Source: a virus | Lineage: Duplodnaviria > Caudoviricetes | Direction: 5' to 3' (one strand) | Virus record (IMG/VR): IMGVR_UViG_3300027859_000064 | Location: 1-27,955 of that record | Length of the DNA stretch: 27,955 nt | Notes under the pieces: model-generated | Told to the model about the DNA's origin: nothing | The model's input: the letters and a program-made list of their open reading frames with translations, nothing else | Database searches by the model: none | In this document: piece after piece, positions 26,278-27,955 of the stretch | Numbering within the stretch: the stretch's first letter is position 1 | Layout: every line of letters starts with the position of its first letter | Program-made: the position numbers and the translations under genes

Positions 26278-26968
26278 TTTCATCCTCTTTTTGGTTATTT
26301 ATTTCTGGTTGGGGATATTCTTCCCTTTCCTCGGGTGTTGTCCAGAAATAATCGGTACAATCACCCAATCGACCCCACTTAATTCCATTCTCAACTTGAT
26401 AAAATTCAGTTGAAACCTTGAAATCAGGTATCTTGGCATCCTGTGGAGTCATACTGATGTCATAAATGCGACATCTGTTATTTGGATACAGTGCAAACTG
26501 TCCATTTTCAAGTGCAATCAGGTTGAATGACTTGTGTTCATCAGGTATTTCACTGGTTGATGCGTCAATCGTATCAATATCACCATGATAATTGTCCAGA
26601 GTGCAGATGTATTCGCCCTTGATGGACCCAAAGTGTCTTGTACGACATTCCCACTCCATTGATGCTACAACCTGCTTACAGACGGTTGTAACGTTATAGT
26701 CCATACAGTTCCAGAACTGCAGGTTAGGAAGGTCTAAATCAGGTGTTGGTGTCTCTGGTCTTGCTACAAATGCAGCAATCGGCAACTTATCATACATTGC
26801 CGCATAATCTGGTAGGTACGTTTCAAAGTAAAAAGCGCGTCCAGGTATGCTTTTAGCAGTTACCCAAACGCCCTCAATAAATTCACCATGTCCATACTTA
26901 TGATCACACAAGTATTCTTTACGTACCCATACTTTGACTGCTGGTAGATTAGTAATCAATCGGGACAT
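26270..26968 (-). CDS. Conserved phage hypothetical protein (232 aa)
   Basis: Long, co-oriented, globular-looking ORF rich in aromatics, Cys and His (CDHKYGHGE, LQFWNCMDY, DEHKSFN, ALYPNNR). No function recognised. Confidence 0.85.
   Translation of the reverse strand: MSRLITNLPAVKVWVRKEYLCDHKYGHGEFIEGVWVTAKSIPGRAFYFETYLPDYAAMYDKLPIAAFVARPETPTPDLDLPNLQFWNCMDYNVTTVCKQVVASMEWECRTRHFGSIKGEYICTLDNYHGDIDTIDASTSEIPDEHKSFNLIALENGQFALYPNNRCRIYDISMTPQDAKIPDFKVSTEFYQVENGIKWGRLGDCTDYFWTTPEEREEYPQPEINNQKEDENG
26296..26303 (-). promoter_or_regulatory. Probable late promoter AATAAATA (NATAAATA type)
   Basis: Lies within the 3' end of the 232-aa gene, about 19 nt upstream of ATG 26277, and is followed by an SD-like GAGG. 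Confidence 0.65.
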
Positions 26969-26989
26969 ACAAAAGTTTACAACTGTTTA

Positions 26990-26997
26990 TATCTATT
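26990..26997 (-). promoter_or_regulatory. Possible variant late promoter AATAGATA (overlapping TATAAACA at 26984-26991)
   Basis: Intergenic, about 22 nt upstream of ATG 26968. It shares the ATAGATA core with the site before gp25. Confidence 0.45.
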
Positions 26998-27146
26998 CAA
27001 CCCCTACCTTGTCCACGATAACGCTTTGGTTTGGGGTTACCACTGGATGCAGCATACTTGGTATGTTGTCCAGAACCTTGACGAGTCTTCTTGGGGGTAG
27101 ACTCGATCATCACGTTGCCACTCAGACTCTTCTTAATCTTTGCCAT
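26997..27146 (-). CDS. Very basic 49-aa microprotein (KKTRQG...YRGQG type)
   Basis: Manual translation: MAKIKKSLSGNVMIESTPKKTRQGSGQHTKYAASSGNPKPKRYRGQGRG*. It fills the gap between two co-oriented genes and has an A-rich leader. It falls below the ORF-track cutoff. Confidence 0.85.
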   Translation of the reverse strand: MAKIKKSLSGNVMIESTPKKTRQGSGQHTKYAASSGNPKPKRYRGQGRG

Positions 27147-27172
27147 TTGTTTCTTTTCGCGATTTTTTAAAC

Positions 27173-27192
27173 GGGCGGTTATAACCCCACCC
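27173..27192. other. GC-rich hairpin / palindrome (possible weak terminator, RNA stability element or operator)
   Basis: Minus strand GGGTGG-GGTTATAA-CCGCCC forms a 6-bp stem with one G.U pair and is followed by GTTT. It contains the perfect 10-bp palindrome GGTTATAACC (27177-27186). Confidence 0.45.
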
Positions 27193-27201
27193 AGTATAGC
27201 A
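27193..27201 (-). promoter_or_regulatory. Possible sigma70-type extended -10 promoter (TGCTATACT)
   Basis: TGnTATACT lies in the intergenic gap about 47 nt upstream of the microprotein ATG. There is no convincing -35 box. Confidence 0.5.
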
Positions 27202-27224
27202 CATCATCAGCACGTAACCAGCCA

Positions 27225-27955
27225 TTAGATCACGCGCATTTTTTCATGCCCCACACGAATCACAGGGTCACACCAGATCTCGTAACCTTTTTCGATCGCA
27301 TCAAGACAGAAACTCACATCCTCTCCGCACATATCTTGGACCTCTCCTGATTCAAACGTCTGCATCTTCGGAGCAAACCAAGGATAAGGAAGACTCTCAA
27401 AGACTCCATTCTTAATCAGAACCCATCCAAACCCGGTGTAATCAACGGTGAACGGTTTCTTACGCTTCGACATGGATTCACCAGTCTCATGGTTCATCAC
27501 ACCGCCATTGTTCCTAAAGTCTCCTTCTTCCAACCAATGTGCCACAGAAGTCGTGCGACCATCTTCAGTCATATACCAACCAGCAGCAATATCTTTGTCC
27601 ATTGATACAAGACGGAAGAACTGCTCTGTGTTGAAGACAATATCAGAGTCAATCCATAGTTGGTAATCATATGGAAGATTACCATCCCATGGTTTCTGTG
27701 ATGGTCCTCTGAGAACATTCGCACCTAAACACTTACACCGTGCAAAGTTCACCATTGAACTGTAATCTTGACTGATCTGAATACTTGCACCAGACTGTAC
27801 CAGATCAAAGCAGAGTTGTACGAAGTTCTTCAAGAACGTGTATGAACAACCTCTACCAGGTAGACAGAATACTACTGTCTTACCACGAATCATTTCCTTT
27901 GCTGCCTCTAAGTTAAACTCTTCTTTCTTTGGAGTCGGTGCAGCAGTCTTTACTG
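27225..27955 (-). CDS. GT-A-fold (GT2-like) glycosyltransferase-like protein, 5' end outside the window
   Basis: YDYQLWIDSDIVF (DxD motif), VDYTGFGWVLIKNGVFE, GEDVSFC and IWCDPVIRVGHEK are GT-A hallmarks. The frame stays open upstream of ATG 27893 (VKTAAPTPKKEEFNLEAAKE) to the window edge. Confidence 0.8.
   Translation of the reverse strand, partial: VKTAAPTPKKEEFNLEAAKEMIRGKTVVFCLPGRGCSYTFLKNFVQLCFDLVQSGASIQISQDYSSMVNFARCKCLGANVLRGPSQKPWDGNLPYDYQLWIDSDIVFNTEQFFRLVSMDKDIAAGWYMTEDGRTTSVAHWLEEGDFRNNGGVMNHETGESMSKRKKPFTVDYTGFGWVLIKNGVFESLPYPWFAPKMQTFESGEVQDMCGEDVSFCLDAIEKGYEIWCDPVIRVGHEKMRVI

Noticed and set aside
1165-27666. Numerous plus-strand ORFs of 60-146 aa (e.g. 1165-1566, 3517-3867, 14340-14717, 18707-19144, 20906-21346, 26934-27170)
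   Set aside because: All are antisense shadows of long minus-strand genes, expected from codon bias. They show no recognisable motifs, promoters or RBS.

Overview
The window is a co-oriented, all minus-strand virion morphogenesis block from a T4-like myovirus. Gene order and protein style best match marine cyanomyophages. In transcription order (right to left) it holds: a 5'-truncated GT-A-fold glycosyltransferase-like gene, a 49-aa very basic 'YRGQG' microprotein missed by the ORF track, two conserved hypotheticals, baseplate genes gp25-gp6-gp7 (3551 aa)-gp8, a 2455-aa DUF4815/VrlC-like virion protein, a small coiled-coil gene, a 113/74/520-aa adaptor-and-fibre cassette, another small coiled-coil gene, then neck genes gp13 and gp14 (3'-truncated). 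T4-type late promoters (TATAAATA and one-mismatch variants) precede several genes. I found no RNA genes, CRISPR arrays, mobile elements, introns or inteins. Most of the region is conserved phage structure. The best leads are a possible plug-and-socket fibre cassette with shared C-terminal (D/N)GGxF tags, nested domain insertions in gp7 (including a YHYH-like domain split by about 550 aa), the basic microprotein with its own promoter-like and palindrome signals, and a glycosyltransferase next to Gly/Ser/Thr-motif-rich virion proteins. Family names come from recognising motifs by eye, not from database searches.
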